Positions 16,514-26,149 of a stretch of DNA of 64,000 bases are shown piece by piece (positions within the stretch are counted from its first letter, which is position 1; every line of letters begins with the position of its first letter). The stretch is from Candidatus Doudnabacteria bacterium (GTDB lineage Bacteria; Patescibacteriota; Doudnabacteria; UBA920): the NCBI GenBank assembly GCA_003151625.1, contig PLYC01000007.1, positions 2,929 through 66,928 of the forward strand. Direction: 5' to 3'. The notes under the pieces were generated by a model that did no database searches, was not told the origin of the DNA, and saw nothing but the letters and a program-made list of their open reading frames with translations. The position numbers were made by a program, and so were the translations under genes.

Positions 16514-19500
16514 ATGACGGAAGAAAAACCGCAAACATCATCAACCCCCAATTTTAATAACCTGGAAAAGGGAGTTTTACAGTTTTGGGATGAGAATAAA
16601 ATTTTTGAAAAGTCTTTGGAACAGACCAAGGACAATGAGCCTTACATTTTTTATGATGGGCCGCCTTTTGCCACGGGACTGCCGCATTATGGCCATATTT
16701 TGGGGTCTACGGTTAAAGATTCCTTTGGCCGCTATTATACGATGAAAGGCCGGTTCGTCCGGCGCGTTTGGGGCTGGGATTGCCACGGTTTGCCCATAGA
16801 AAATATTGTTGAACAGCAGTTAAAAATTTCCGGAAAAAAACAAATAGAGGAACTCGGCGTGGATAAGTTTAACCAGGCTTGCCGGGAAAATGTTTTAAGG
16901 TTCGTGGATGAATGGGGAAAAATGGTCAAGCGCATGGGGCGCTGGGTGAACTTTGACAATTCCTATAAAACCATGGACACCACCTATATGGAGAGCGTGT
17001 GGTGGTCTCTCCAGCAGATTTGGAACAAGGGATTAATTTACGAAGACCGCAAAGTTTTGCTTTACTGCTCGCGCTGTGAAACTCCAATTTCCAATTTTGA
17101 AGTGGCAATGGACAACAGCTACCGTGACGTGACCGAGGAATCGGTTTACGCTAAATTCAAAATGCCCAAGGGCCAGAGAATTATTAACGACCTGACCAAC
17201 GATAAGACTTTTGTCTTAGCCTGGACAACTACGCCATGGACCTTGCCCGGCAATACATCGCTGAACGTCGGAGCGGATATAGTTTATGTAATGATCGAGA
17301 TGGAAAATGGCCCTGCCCGCCAGTCGCCTGACGGCTCCAGCCGGATGGCAGGCGGGGAAAGATATATTTTGGCCAAGGAACGATTGTCTGTAATAGATGG
17401 TTCTTACGAGACTGTCGCCGAATTTCCGGGCAGGGCAATTGCCGGGCTGGAATATGAACCGTTATATCCCGGCGTTATCCCTTCATCGCGGAATAATGCG
17501 GAATTTAACGCAGAAGGACGCGGAAGTAATCATCCTGAATTTGTGGGTGATCCCGCCAAATCGCATCACATTTATATTGCCGACTTTGTTACCACCACCG
17601 ACGGAACCGGGGTTGTTCACAATGCGGCCATGTATGGAGAAGAAGACTATCAACTGGCCAAAGAAAAAGATTTGCCTCGAATGGATATGCTTGACCACAA
17701 GGGCCGCTATTTGGAATATTTGCCGGAGAGTTTGCGCGGCGTATTTTTTAAAGACGCGGAAAAAATAGTGCTTAAGGAATTGGCGGCCAAAAATTTGGTT
17801 TATAAGACCGAACATTATACTCACAGCTACCCGCACTGCTATCGATGCGCTACTCCGCTGTTTTATAACGCGCTGCCGGCCTGGTTTATTAATATACAAA
17901 AAATAAAATCCCAACTGCGCAAACTAAACTCCGAAGAAATAAATTGGCAGCCGGAACATCTAAAAATGGGGCGTTTTGATAAAAGCATAGAGTCCGCGCC
18001 GGATTGGAATATTTCCAGAAACAGGTTTTGGGCTACGCCATTGCCGTTTTGGAAATGCGGAAACGATGAATGTAAAAATGTAATTTGTGTCGGATCAGTT
18101 GATGAATTAAAGGAAAAATCAAATAACTTTGGCCAGGTTTACCCAAATTTTAATTCGGAAAATCTGCAGATGACCGATTTGCATCGCCCTTACATAGACC
18201 AAGTGGTCGTAACCTGTCCGAAGTGCGCGGATAATATGAAGCGCGTGCCTGAAGTTGTGGACTGCTGGGTGGAAAGCGGTAGTATGCCGTTTGCCGAGTT
18301 GCATTATCCGTTTGCAAACCAGGAATTATTTAAGAAACGTTTTCCGGCCGATTTTGTGGCCGAATATATTGGCCAAGTCAGGGCTTGGTATTATGTTATG
18401 CTTGTGGTCTCCACAATTGCTTTTGAACACGCCCCGTTTAAAAATATTGTTACAACAGGAAATATTTTGGCGGAAGACGGCAGTAAAATGTCCAAGAGCA
18501 AAAATAATTATCCTGACCCGTGGATTTTAATAGAAAAATATGGAATAGACGCATTGAGGTTTTATCTTTTAACCAGCCCGGTTATGAATGCCGATGATGT
18601 AAATTTTTCCGAAAAAGGCGTGCAGGAAATCGGCCGCAAGGTAAATATGCTGGTTTACAATGTCTGGAGCTTTTTGCGCCTTTATACCAAAGATAAATTC
18701 AGCGGCGAACTTCCGGTATCGGAAAATATTTTAGACAGATGGATTATTTCCCGGCTTAGCCAAGTCCACAAACAAGTCACGGGATTTTTGGATGTTTATG
18801 ACACCGTGCGCGCCGGCAAAGCCATGACTGCTTTTATAGACGAACTTTCTACCTGGTATTTGCGCCGCAGCCGCGACCGCATAAAAAATAACGACGAGGC
18901 CGCGAAAATCGCGTTGGCTACTTTGGCCTATGTTTTAATAGAACTTTCCAAAATGTTGGCGCCGTTTATGCCATTTTTGGCGGAGTTTATTTATCGCGAT
19001 CTCACTGGCCAAGAATCTGTACATTTAACATTGTGGACAGTAGAAATTGCCGGCGATAACGAAGTCGTCCGCCAAAAAATGGCTTTTGTTAAAGATTTGG
19101 TGGAAAGCGGCCTTTCTTTGCGTAAAGAAGCCGGCTTTAAAGTTCGCCAGCCCCTGGCCGAGGTTGAATATCATATTAAGAATAAAGATCTCGTGCTGGA
19201 CGCGGATTTTGAAAAACTTTTGGCCGATGAGCTCAACGTTAAATTAATAAGCAACCGTCAGGATTTTGTGGCCAAAGGCGGCTGGGCGTACAAGGACACC
19301 CCGGGTTTTAAACTTCAAATTAACCTGGAATTAAGCGAGGATCTAAGGCAGGAAGGTTTGGCTAGGGAAATCGAGCGCCAAATTCAGGACTTAAGAAAAA
19401 AGAGCGGCCTTAGAGTGGGAGAACTGGTGGATGTTTATTACAATACCCAGGACGAGAAACTAGAGGAAGCTTTGCTGAAATTGGTAGATCGCAAAAAAAC

Positions 19501-19603
19501 TTTTGTCAGCCAAATCAGCAAAAGCCTGGAAGTGGAAGTGGATTTTGAAATTCAAAGCCAGATTGAAGGCAAAACTGTTTGGTTGGGGATGATAAAAATA
19601 TAG
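16514..19603 (+). CDS. ileS: Isoleucyl-tRNA synthetase
   Basis: HYGHILG (HIGH), GSKMSKSKNN (KMSKS), CP1 editing region, 1029 aa. Confidence 0.95.
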   Translation: MTEEKPQTSSTPNFNNLEKGVLQFWDENKIFEKSLEQTKDNEPYIFYDGPPFATGLPHYGHILGSTVKDSFGRYYTMKGRFVRRVWGWDCHGLPIENIVEQQLKISGKKQIEELGVDKFNQACRENVLRFVDEWGKMVKRMGRWVNFDNSYKTMDTTYMESVWWSLQQIWNKGLIYEDRKVLLYCSRCETPISNFEVAMDNSYRDVTEESVYAKFKMPKGQRIINDLTNDKTFVLAWTTTPWTLPGNTSLNVGADIVYVMIEMENGPARQSPDGSSRMAGGERYILAKERLSVIDGSYETVAEFPGRAIAGLEYEPLYPGVIPSSRNNAEFNAEGRGSNHPEFVGDPAKSHHIYIADFVTTTDGTGVVHNAAMYGEEDYQLAKEKDLPRMDMLDHKGRYLEYLPESLRGVFFKDAEKIVLKELAAKNLVYKTEHYTHSYPHCYRCATPLFYNALPAWFINIQKIKSQLRKLNSEEINWQPEHLKMGRFDKSIESAPDWNISRNRFWATPLPFWKCGNDECKNVICVGSVDELKEKSNNFGQVYPNFNSENLQMTDLHRPYIDQVVVTCPKCADNMKRVPEVVDCWVESGSMPFAELHYPFANQELFKKRFPADFVAEYIGQVRAWYYVMLVVSTIAFEHAPFKNIVTTGNILAEDGSKMSKSKNNYPDPWILIEKYGIDALRFYLLTSPVMNADDVNFSEKGVQEIGRKVNMLVYNVWSFLRLYTKDKFSGELPVSENILDRWIISRLSQVHKQVTGFLDVYDTVRAGKAMTAFIDELSTWYLRRSRDRIKNNDEAAKIALATLAYVLIELSKMLAPFMPFLAEFIYRDLTGQESVHLTLWTVEIAGDNEVVRQKMAFVKDLVESGLSLRKEAGFKVRQPLAEVEYHIKNKDLVLDADFEKLLADELNVKLISNRQDFVAKGGWAYKDTPGFKLQINLELSEDLRQEGLAREIERQIQDLRKKSGLRVGELVDVYYNTQDEKLEEALLKLVDRKKTFVSQISKSLEVEVDFEIQSQIEGKTVWLGMIKI
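17486..17527. repeat. In-frame copy of the argS CGCGGA-repeat segment inside ileS
   Basis: tcgcggaataatgcggaatttaacgcagaaggacgcggaag versus argS tcgcggaataatacggaacttaacgcggaaaatgcggaacg. Encodes SRNNAEFNAEGRGS. Right arm is degenerate. Confidence 0.55.
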
Positions 19604-19627
19604 AAGCTACCTCAAAATTAGCTTTTG

Positions 19628-19733
19628 AGGAGAAATTGCGGAATTTTGAGCGGATTGGTTCTTAACAAATTTTGACGTTTAGCCGGAGCTAAGCGGAAAA
19701 ATTTTTAAGACCAAGGCGCCAAAATTACGCGAT
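19628..19733 (+). repeat. About 90-nt intergenic repeat, copy B (possible small RNA)
   Basis: ggaattttgagcggattggttcttaacaaattttgacgtttagccggagctaagcggaaaaatttttaagaccaaggcgccaaaatt. Approx 90% identical to 10050-10146. Confidence 0.55.
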
Positions 19734-19840
19734 TTATACCAAAATGGAATTTTGAGATAGCTTCAAATTAATTTTACCCACTATTTCGGTTTTTAGTAAA
19801 AAGTGTTAAAATGAGAATATAATAAGCTAATCATTTTACT

Positions 19841-20593
19841 ATGGATAATGAAATCGATTCGATTATTCCCGAAGACGGCCTAAAGAACCAGCCCCAGGTT
19901 AAGCCAGCCGAGCCAAAAAAAGCTGTTGCCCCAAAGACTATAAAGCCTGTTAAACCCTTGGTTGAAGGCATAAATTCGCCAAAAAATACCCAGGACGTAA
20001 TTTTGGTAAAGAATAATTTAAGCCAAAAAGAAAAAGATCTGCTCACTGAATCACCGTCCTCAAATCAAAGCGCAAACAAGCCGGAACCCAGGCTTATGCC
20101 CGAATCGGTTTCTTTTTCAATAAATAAAAAGAGCCATCATATTGGCAGATGGCTGTTAATTTTTGTGGTGTTATTAATTTTAGTGGCCAGCGGCTATGAG
20201 TTTTATGTTTGGAAGTTGCAGAACGGACAAACTCCAATTGTGGGGCATTATCATCCCGCTGTGCAGGCAACAGAACCATTTCCGTTAGCAGGTGGAACCG
20301 TGCCAACATCTACCTTAATTACGGCAATATCCAGTTCGACACCTTTGGGGATTGCATCCACAACCCCAACATCGACTCCTCCAGCCGAGCCGGTTTTACA
20401 GGTTAAAATATCATCCACGCCCACCGGATTTTTAAACGTTAGAAGCACGCCTTCGCCCTCGGGTAAAGTTGTAACCCAGGTTCACCCCGGAGAGATTTAC
20501 ACTTACACCAAAACACAAAGCGGCTGGTATGAAATAACCTATAGCGGGCTAAATCAAGGATGGGTTAGCGGGCAGTATGTGGTTAAACAATAA
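19841..20593 (+). CDS. Membrane-anchored protein with C-terminal bacterial SH3 (SH3b) domain
   Basis: Central TM (WLLIFVVLLILVASGY), STPT linker, and C-terminal GFLNVRSTPSPSGKVVTQVHPGEIYTY...GWYEITYSGLNQGWVSGQYV = SH3_3 pattern. Confidence 0.55.
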   Translation: MDNEIDSIIPEDGLKNQPQVKPAEPKKAVAPKTIKPVKPLVEGINSPKNTQDVILVKNNLSQKEKDLLTESPSSNQSANKPEPRLMPESVSFSINKKSHHIGRWLLIFVVLLILVASGYEFYVWKLQNGQTPIVGHYHPAVQATEPFPLAGGTVPTSTLITAISSSTPLGIASTTPTSTPPAEPVLQVKISSTPTGFLNVRSTPSPSGKVVTQVHPGEIYTYTKTQSGWYEITYSGLNQGWVSGQYVVKQ

Positions 20594-20599
20594 CAAGAT

Positions 20600-20774
20600 T
20601 AGGACTTACGCGTTTGAGGCAAAAATGAACAAAAATTATATCTTGTTGCCTCAAACCACAGGGGGCTTGGCCGATTACTTCGTTATTTTGCTGCGGTTTT
20701 TGTCGACGTAGTCAAACTACGTCTCCAAAAATCCTCGCAAAATGCCTCGTACTCGGCCAATCGCGTAAGTCCTA
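20600..20774. repeat. Full-length MITE copy, inverted relative to 11626-11799
   Basis: Near-exact reverse complement of the 11626 element including all three internal hairpins. Confidence 0.7.
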
Positions 20775-20786
20775 AGATTATAAATT

Positions 20787-21749
20787 CTAACTTAATTCAG
20801 GAGAGCTTTTACTAAAAGCTTTCCTGGATTTGTTTTTAATTAGAGTTGTAATGCCGCGCCAATCTGTTAATAGGCCGTAAATAGCATAAACATAAATTGA
20901 TGCTATCACGATATCAAAAAAATAATGTTCCCCCAGGTACATAACCGCTAAAAACATTGTTAGCGGATAAATAAAAAATACCAAACCCCATTTGGGGAAT
21001 TTTTTATAAAAAAATAGGGCTGTCATTAGCGGGTAGGCCGCGTGTAGGGAAGGAACTGCCGCCACTAAATTTGCTCCTACATAATTATACACAGTGGGCA
21101 AATTAATGGGGTGGGCAAAATGCGCCAGGGTTTGGTCTAAAATGTGAGCGACAGGCGGCAAAAAATTCTGCTGGGCTGCCATCCAAGGCGGCATGGCGGG
21201 GAAAAGGTAATAGGTAATAAAAGCCAAATAGGAAACTAAAATAATTCCGGTAGTGTAGAGCTTGAAGATTTTTTTATCAATAAACCAAAAAAGCAACGCT
21301 ACAAACAGCGGAATTATAAAATGCAAAAAATAAAGTACTGCGGCGACGTTGTCGTACCAGCTTATAGTCCCATTTAAAAAGAAATGCTGTTGTAGCCAGA
21401 GTGTGGGCACATTGCCAAAAAATATTGCTTTATCAAAATAAATCATGGCTCGGATATGAGCTTTCCCCCCGGCCAGGGGAACCAGCCCCCGCAGGTAGTC
21501 ATAGCCCAGAATTAGCATTATGGGAGGAAGCCAATCCCAAAAAAATGCCCAGGCTTTGCCGGCAATGAGCATGGCAACAAAGACAAAAACAAAAAAACGA
21601 TCAGGAGAAAAAAATTCCTGATGCCAAATCATAAAAGCCGTAATTATGCCCAAGTAAATAAAAGTTGCAACAAATACGAGTTTATCGTGTCCACCGGTTT
21701 GCTGCCATTTTTGTTTTGCGATTTTCGCGGTGGAATGGACTTTTCCCAT
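20787..21749 (-). CDS. PAP2-superfamily integral membrane protein (Aur1/IPC-synthase-like phosphotransferase)
   Basis: PAMPPWMA, VPSLHAAYPL and GEHYFFDIVIA correspond to the PAP2 C2/C3 motifs (PSxH ... HxxxD). Polytopic. Confidence 0.45.
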   Translation of the reverse strand: MGKVHSTAKIAKQKWQQTGGHDKLVFVATFIYLGIITAFMIWHQEFFSPDRFFVFVFVAMLIAGKAWAFFWDWLPPIMLILGYDYLRGLVPLAGGKAHIRAMIYFDKAIFFGNVPTLWLQQHFFLNGTISWYDNVAAVLYFLHFIIPLFVALLFWFIDKKIFKLYTTGIILVSYLAFITYYLFPAMPPWMAAQQNFLPPVAHILDQTLAHFAHPINLPTVYNYVGANLVAAVPSLHAAYPLMTALFFYKKFPKWGLVFFIYPLTMFLAVMYLGEHYFFDIVIASIYVYAIYGLLTDWRGITTLIKNKSRKAFSKSSPELS

Positions 21750-21932
21750 TATCGGTGAGGGTTAATTGTGTGTCTCCGGAAAAGGCCTCTGGTAAACCGA
21801 GGCCAATGCTTAAGAATACGTATTTAATATTGATTTTGGTGCGGCTTCCGTTAATAAAAAAAGGTCTAAATACGAAACCATGAATTTTTGCGTTTAGTAC
21901 TTAGCTCTCTTTCGTATTTAGTAGAAAATCCG

Positions 21933-22631
21933 TTACTGTAAATACCCTGTCGGATTTAGCCAACCGCTTAAGTCGGTTTGTTTTTGGACGTAGCCTAAAA
22001 TATTAATGGCCGAGCCTTTATGAATGCCAAAATGCAAATGCCGTCTTTCACCATCGGTTTCACTGGAATAGCCGGTTCCTAATACTGCGATTTTTTGCCC
22101 CGATGTCAGGCTATCGCCAGTGTTTGGAATAATGGAAGAAAGCCTTAAGTGTCCGTAAATTATTGTAACATCTTGCCCGTCCAAAACACAAGACTCAACA
22201 GCCACGCCGCCGTAACCCGAAGCATATTTTTTTAGCAATAATTTTCCATTGCAGGCGGCGTAAATTGGGACGTCGCTATTTTGCTCGCTCGGATTGGTTT
22301 CAAAATCTATTCCCGTATGGAAGCCGGTAAATTTTTCGGGTGATATGGGCGAATGTCCCGGGGAAACGTAAAGGCCAAAAGTTTTTTTGGTCACTCTGGC
22401 CAAGCCGCCAGTAATCGGTTCAGAGAGTTGGGGTGTTGTTGACGCAACGGGGCTGGCTGTGGAAACCCTGGGCGTTGAAGTTGTGGTTTGGTTTAAGGAG
22501 GGTGGCTTATTCACTGGCGCAGGCGCAGAAGATTTCGCGCACGAAACCGCTAACAGCGGCAAAGCTAAAATTATTACGCTGAATTTTAATTTAAAAGAAA
22601 TATTCATAATTATGATATAATAATTATCCAC
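21933..22631 (-). CDS. M23-family (LytM-type) metallopeptidase, lipoprotein
   Basis: Signal peptide with lipobox LAVSCAKS. HTGIDF (HxxxD) and HLHFGIH (HxH) motifs. Confidence 0.7.
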   Translation of the reverse strand: MDNYYIIIMNISFKLKFSVIILALPLLAVSCAKSSAPAPVNKPPSLNQTTTSTPRVSTASPVASTTPQLSEPITGGLARVTKKTFGLYVSPGHSPISPEKFTGFHTGIDFETNPSEQNSDVPIYAACNGKLLLKKYASGYGGVAVESCVLDGQDVTIIYGHLRLSSIIPNTGDSLTSGQKIAVLGTGYSSETDGERRHLHFGIHKGSAINILGYVQKQTDLSGWLNPTGYLQ

Positions 22632-22675
22632 CTGTTGAATAATTATAATGATAAATTTTAATTAAGGATACCCAT

Positions 22676-23422
22676 ATGACAAAAAATATTGCTTTAACTT
22701 CAGAGTTCGGGGATTTTAACGCTTATCTTAGCCTGCCGGAAAAAATAGAAAAACTTCCGGGAATTATTTTAATTCACGAAGTTTGGGGATTGGGCGATCA
22801 TATTAAGGAAGTATCGGATCGTTTTGCCGCCCAGGGTTACGCGGTTTTGGCCCCGGATTTGCTTTCTCACACCGGCATTACAGAAAAAATCGACCAAACT
22901 ATTTTAAAAGAAGTTCATAATCCGGCAACCAGGGACGAGGCACAGAAAAAAATGCGCGCTGCCATGGCGCCTATTATGGTGCCGGAGTTCGGGCGGCAGA
23001 CTTTAGAAAAAATCCAAAGCTGTTTTAAATATCTGCGGTCGCAGGATTTTGCCAGCGGCAAAGCGGCGGTTTTGGGTTTTTGTTTTGGGGGAACATACGC
23101 GTTTGCTTTGGCAACTGTTCAAAGCCAGCTGTCCGCCGCGGTTGTTTTTTACGGCCAAACGCCGGAGCCAGCCGATAAACTCGAAAACATCACCTGCCCG
23201 GTTTTGGCTTTTTACGGTGAAAAGGACGAACGCTTAATCGGTCAGTTGCCGCAGACCCGCAAAGCCATGACAAAATATGGCAAAGATTTTCAAAGCAAAG
23301 TTTATCCCAACACCGGCCACGCTTTTTTTAACAATACCAATCCGGCGACTTACGTAAAATCTTCCGCGCAGGATGCCTGGGAAATGACTTTAAAGTTTTT
23401 GGCTGAAAATCTTATGGTATAA
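22676..23422 (+). CDS. Dienelactone hydrolase family protein
   Basis: IILIHEVWGLGDHIKEVSDRFAAQGYAVLAPDL, nucleophile elbow GFCFGG, and C-terminal His. Confidence 0.7.
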   Translation: MTKNIALTSEFGDFNAYLSLPEKIEKLPGIILIHEVWGLGDHIKEVSDRFAAQGYAVLAPDLLSHTGITEKIDQTILKEVHNPATRDEAQKKMRAAMAPIMVPEFGRQTLEKIQSCFKYLRSQDFASGKAAVLGFCFGGTYAFALATVQSQLSAAVVFYGQTPEPADKLENITCPVLAFYGEKDERLIGQLPQTRKAMTKYGKDFQSKVYPNTGHAFFNNTNPATYVKSSAQDAWEMTLKFLAENLMV

Positions 23423-23429
23423 TTTAAAT

Positions 23430-24305
23430 ATGCTAATTAGTGAAACAAGAAAAGGCGACCTGGCAATTTTTGGCGAGGCTATAATTTGGGCGCTGTTCCC
23501 AATAATTACAATTCTTTCTTACGCGAATATTGCCCCAATAGCATCACTGGCTTGGAGCAGTGTTTTTTTAGTTGCATTTTTTAGTTTTATTGTCGCGGCC
23601 AGAGGTAAAATCGGAGAAATTTTTATTCCCGGGGTCTGGAAATACATCCCCCTAATCACCATATTTATTAGCATTTTGTATTACAGCCTGTATTACGTTG
23701 GCTTAAAATACACAACGGCAGGGGATGCCAGCATTATAGCCTTAATGGAATTATTTTTTAGTTATTTACTTTTTAATGTTTGGAAAAAAGAATTACTTTC
23801 CGCCAGGCATACCTTTGGCGCCATGCTCATGATTTTAGGGGCGGTGATAATTTTATATCCCAAACAAGGATTGGTTTTTCATGGCGGTGATTTTTTGGTG
23901 CTTTTAGCAACAGCCTGCGCGCCTATTGGGAATTTTTACCAGCAAAAACTCCGGAAGTTGGTCAGCAGTGAGACCATAGTTTTTTTACGCAGCTTGGGCG
24001 CCATTCCTGTTTTTTTTGTTTTGGCCGCGATACTTAAAGTAAACGCGCCCTTGGTTGCCATTCAAAAATCTTTTTGGTTTTTAGCCTTAAACGGAATTTT
24101 AATTTTGGGTGTTTCTAAACTGCTGTGGATGGAAGGTATCCACCGGATTTCCGTGACCAAAGCCAATGCTCTTTCCAGCATTGCCCCATTATTCACTTTG
24201 ATTTTTGCCTATTTTATTTTGCATCAAGCGCCGACTATTTGGCAGTTAACCGCGTTTATCCCCCTTGCCGGAGGCCTGATTTTGCTTACCGACAACAAAA
24301 TCTAA
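23430..24305 (+). CDS. DMT-superfamily (EamA-like) membrane transporter
   Basis: Ten predicted TM helices with two-repeat EamA-like topology. Confidence 0.4.
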   Translation: MLISETRKGDLAIFGEAIIWALFPIITILSYANIAPIASLAWSSVFLVAFFSFIVAARGKIGEIFIPGVWKYIPLITIFISILYYSLYYVGLKYTTAGDASIIALMELFFSYLLFNVWKKELLSARHTFGAMLMILGAVIILYPKQGLVFHGGDFLVLLATACAPIGNFYQQKLRKLVSSETIVFLRSLGAIPVFFVLAAILKVNAPLVAIQKSFWFLALNGILILGVSKLLWMEGIHRISVTKANALSSIAPLFTLIFAYFILHQAPTIWQLTAFIPLAGGLILLTDNKI

Positions 24306-24424
24306 GTAGGACTTACGCGTCCTAAATTCATTAAAATCCACTTTGTTGCACTTATGCCCGGCCGAGCATAAGTGCAACAAGACAAAATTTGGATAAAAAA
24401 TCAGTTTTTTGTTATAATTTACAC

Positions 24425-24829
24425 ATGTCCAATAATTACATTGAAAATCGCCCTTGGGGTAACTACGAAATTTTAAAGGAGTTTGCCGTTAATGAGCCGG
24501 GTTTTAAAGATGTATGTGTAAAGATAATGACTATTAAGCCACGCCAAAGGGTTTCTTATCAGGTTCATAAACAGCGTAATGAGCATTGGTTTTTTGTGCA
24601 GGGCGAAGGTAAGGTTATTTTAAACGATAAAGAAATTCCGGTTAGGGTCGGAAATTTTGTGGATATTAAGATTGGTGATAAACATCGCGTAATTAACACT
24701 GGCAATCAAGTAGATTTAATTTTTATTGAATCCCAAACCGGACACTACGACGAAGACGACATAGAAAGGTTCGAAGATGATTACGGAGGCAGCCGGTCTA
24801 CTCCTTACCGTGGAAAATTTAATTCTTAA
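24425..24829 (+). CDS. Cupin-domain protein (type II mannose-6-phosphate isomerase C-terminal-like)
   Basis: NRPWGNYEIL...KIMTIKPRQRVSYQVHKQRNEHWFFVQGEG cupin motifs. tgttataat -10 box ends 7 nt before ATG, suggesting a leaderless start. The ORF-track start at 24389 is judged spurious. Confidence 0.55.
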   Translation: MSNNYIENRPWGNYEILKEFAVNEPGFKDVCVKIMTIKPRQRVSYQVHKQRNEHWFFVQGEGKVILNDKEIPVRVGNFVDIKIGDKHRVINTGNQVDLIFIESQTGHYDEDDIERFEDDYGGSRSTPYRGKFNS

Positions 24830-24894
24830 AAACCCTTCAATTGAAGGGTTTTTAATATCTCGATATCTTAGTTTTTTACAATATCTTTGAGCCG

Positions 24895-26022
24895 TTATTT
24901 CACCGGTGAAGGAACGTTAAGTCTCATTTCTTTTTGAACGCTGGGCATTTTGTCTTCGGGAAATTCAAAGTTTCCCCAGCCGTATTTGTCCGGGTCAAAA
25001 CCCTGGCCGCAGGTGGTTTCAATCAAAGCAGTGCAAATTTGGTAAGGGTCTAAGTTTGCGGCCGGGCGGCGGTCTTCAAGGTAGCCGCGGCCTTTGTTGG
25101 CGGTTTCCATTGGGATACGTATGCTGGCGCCGCGGTCGGAAACGCCGTAGCGAAAATCTTTGTAACTGCAGGTTTCGTGCTTGCCGGTTAAGCGCTTATC
25201 GTTATCGGCGCCGTAAACGCGAATATGCTGTTTGGCAAAGCGTCCAAGTTTTTCACAGGCTTGCTTAATAACTTCTAATCCTCCGTGTTCGCGCATAGCC
25301 CTTGTGGAATAGTTGGTATGTCCGCCGGCGCCGTTCCAGTCACCATTCATTGGTTTGGGGTCGAGTTTGGCGTAAGCGTTATATTCTTCACCCAGGCGGT
25401 AAAGTAACCATCGTGTAAGCCAAAGTTGGTCACCGACTTCCAAGGGACCCAAAGGGCCAACCTGGAACTCCCACTGTGCCGGCATAACCTCGGCGTTAAT
25501 GCCGGAAATCATCAATCCTGCCTCTAGGCAGGCTTTCAGGTGAGCTTCGATTAATGGGCGCCCATGGACTTCGTCGTAGCCCACGCCGCAGTAATAGCGC
25601 CCCTGCGGGGAAGGATAACCGCCGGTCGGCCAGCCAAACGGCCAGTCGTTTTTTCCGTAAAGCGTATACTCCTGTTCAATGCCAAACCATGGGTCTTGGT
25701 CTTTAAATTTTTCCGCGACTTGGCTTAAAACGCGGCGGGTGTTGGTTACGTGCGGCGTGCCATCGGCGTTAAGAACTTCGCACATTACCAAAAGGTTATC
25801 GCCTTTGCTAATTGGGTCGGGGATGTAGTAAACCGGTTTTAGCTGGCAGTCGGAAAAATGGCCTTCGGCCTGTTCGGTGGAACTGCCGTCAAATCCCCAC
25901 ATAGGAACGTCTTCCAATTTTCTTACCGGCCCGTTTATTATTTTAGTTTTGCTTCTTAGTTTAGCCGTGGGCTTTCTGCCGTCCAGCCAAATGTACTCTG
26001 CCATAACTTTGCCGTTTGTCAT
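24895..26022 (-). CDS. glnII: Glutamine synthetase, type II (eukaryote-like GSII)
   Basis: 375 aa. AEYIWLDG N-terminus. Conserved GS catalytic blocks GPYYCGVG and NGAGGHTN. Confidence 0.85.
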   Translation of the reverse strand: MTNGKVMAEYIWLDGRKPTAKLRSKTKIINGPVRKLEDVPMWGFDGSSTEQAEGHFSDCQLKPVYYIPDPISKGDNLLVMCEVLNADGTPHVTNTRRVLSQVAEKFKDQDPWFGIEQEYTLYGKNDWPFGWPTGGYPSPQGRYYCGVGYDEVHGRPLIEAHLKACLEAGLMISGINAEVMPAQWEFQVGPLGPLEVGDQLWLTRWLLYRLGEEYNAYAKLDPKPMNGDWNGAGGHTNYSTRAMREHGGLEVIKQACEKLGRFAKQHIRVYGADNDKRLTGKHETCSYKDFRYGVSDRGASIRIPMETANKGRGYLEDRRPAANLDPYQICTALIETTCGQGFDPDKYGWGNFEFPEDKMPSVQKEMRLNVPSPVK

Positions 26023-26047
26023 TTTTCTTTCCTTCCCCCTCCATTAA

Positions 26048-26141
26048 TCGCTGATATTTACGCTGATATGTCGCTGATTCTGAAGTTTAGATTCAGCGTT
26101 GTATCAGCGGTGGTGTTAAAAGCAGCGTTCGTTCAGCGTTT
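26048..26141. repeat. CGCTGA-box palindromic element, copy 1 (within glnII 5' leader)
   Basis: CGCTGAtatttaCGCTGAtatgtCGCTGA ... then TCAGCG x4 at approx 10-11-nt spacing. Second copy at 58621-58722 shares an identical 18-mer cgctgatatgtcgctgat. Confidence 0.55.
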
Positions 26142-26149
26142 GCAAATAA

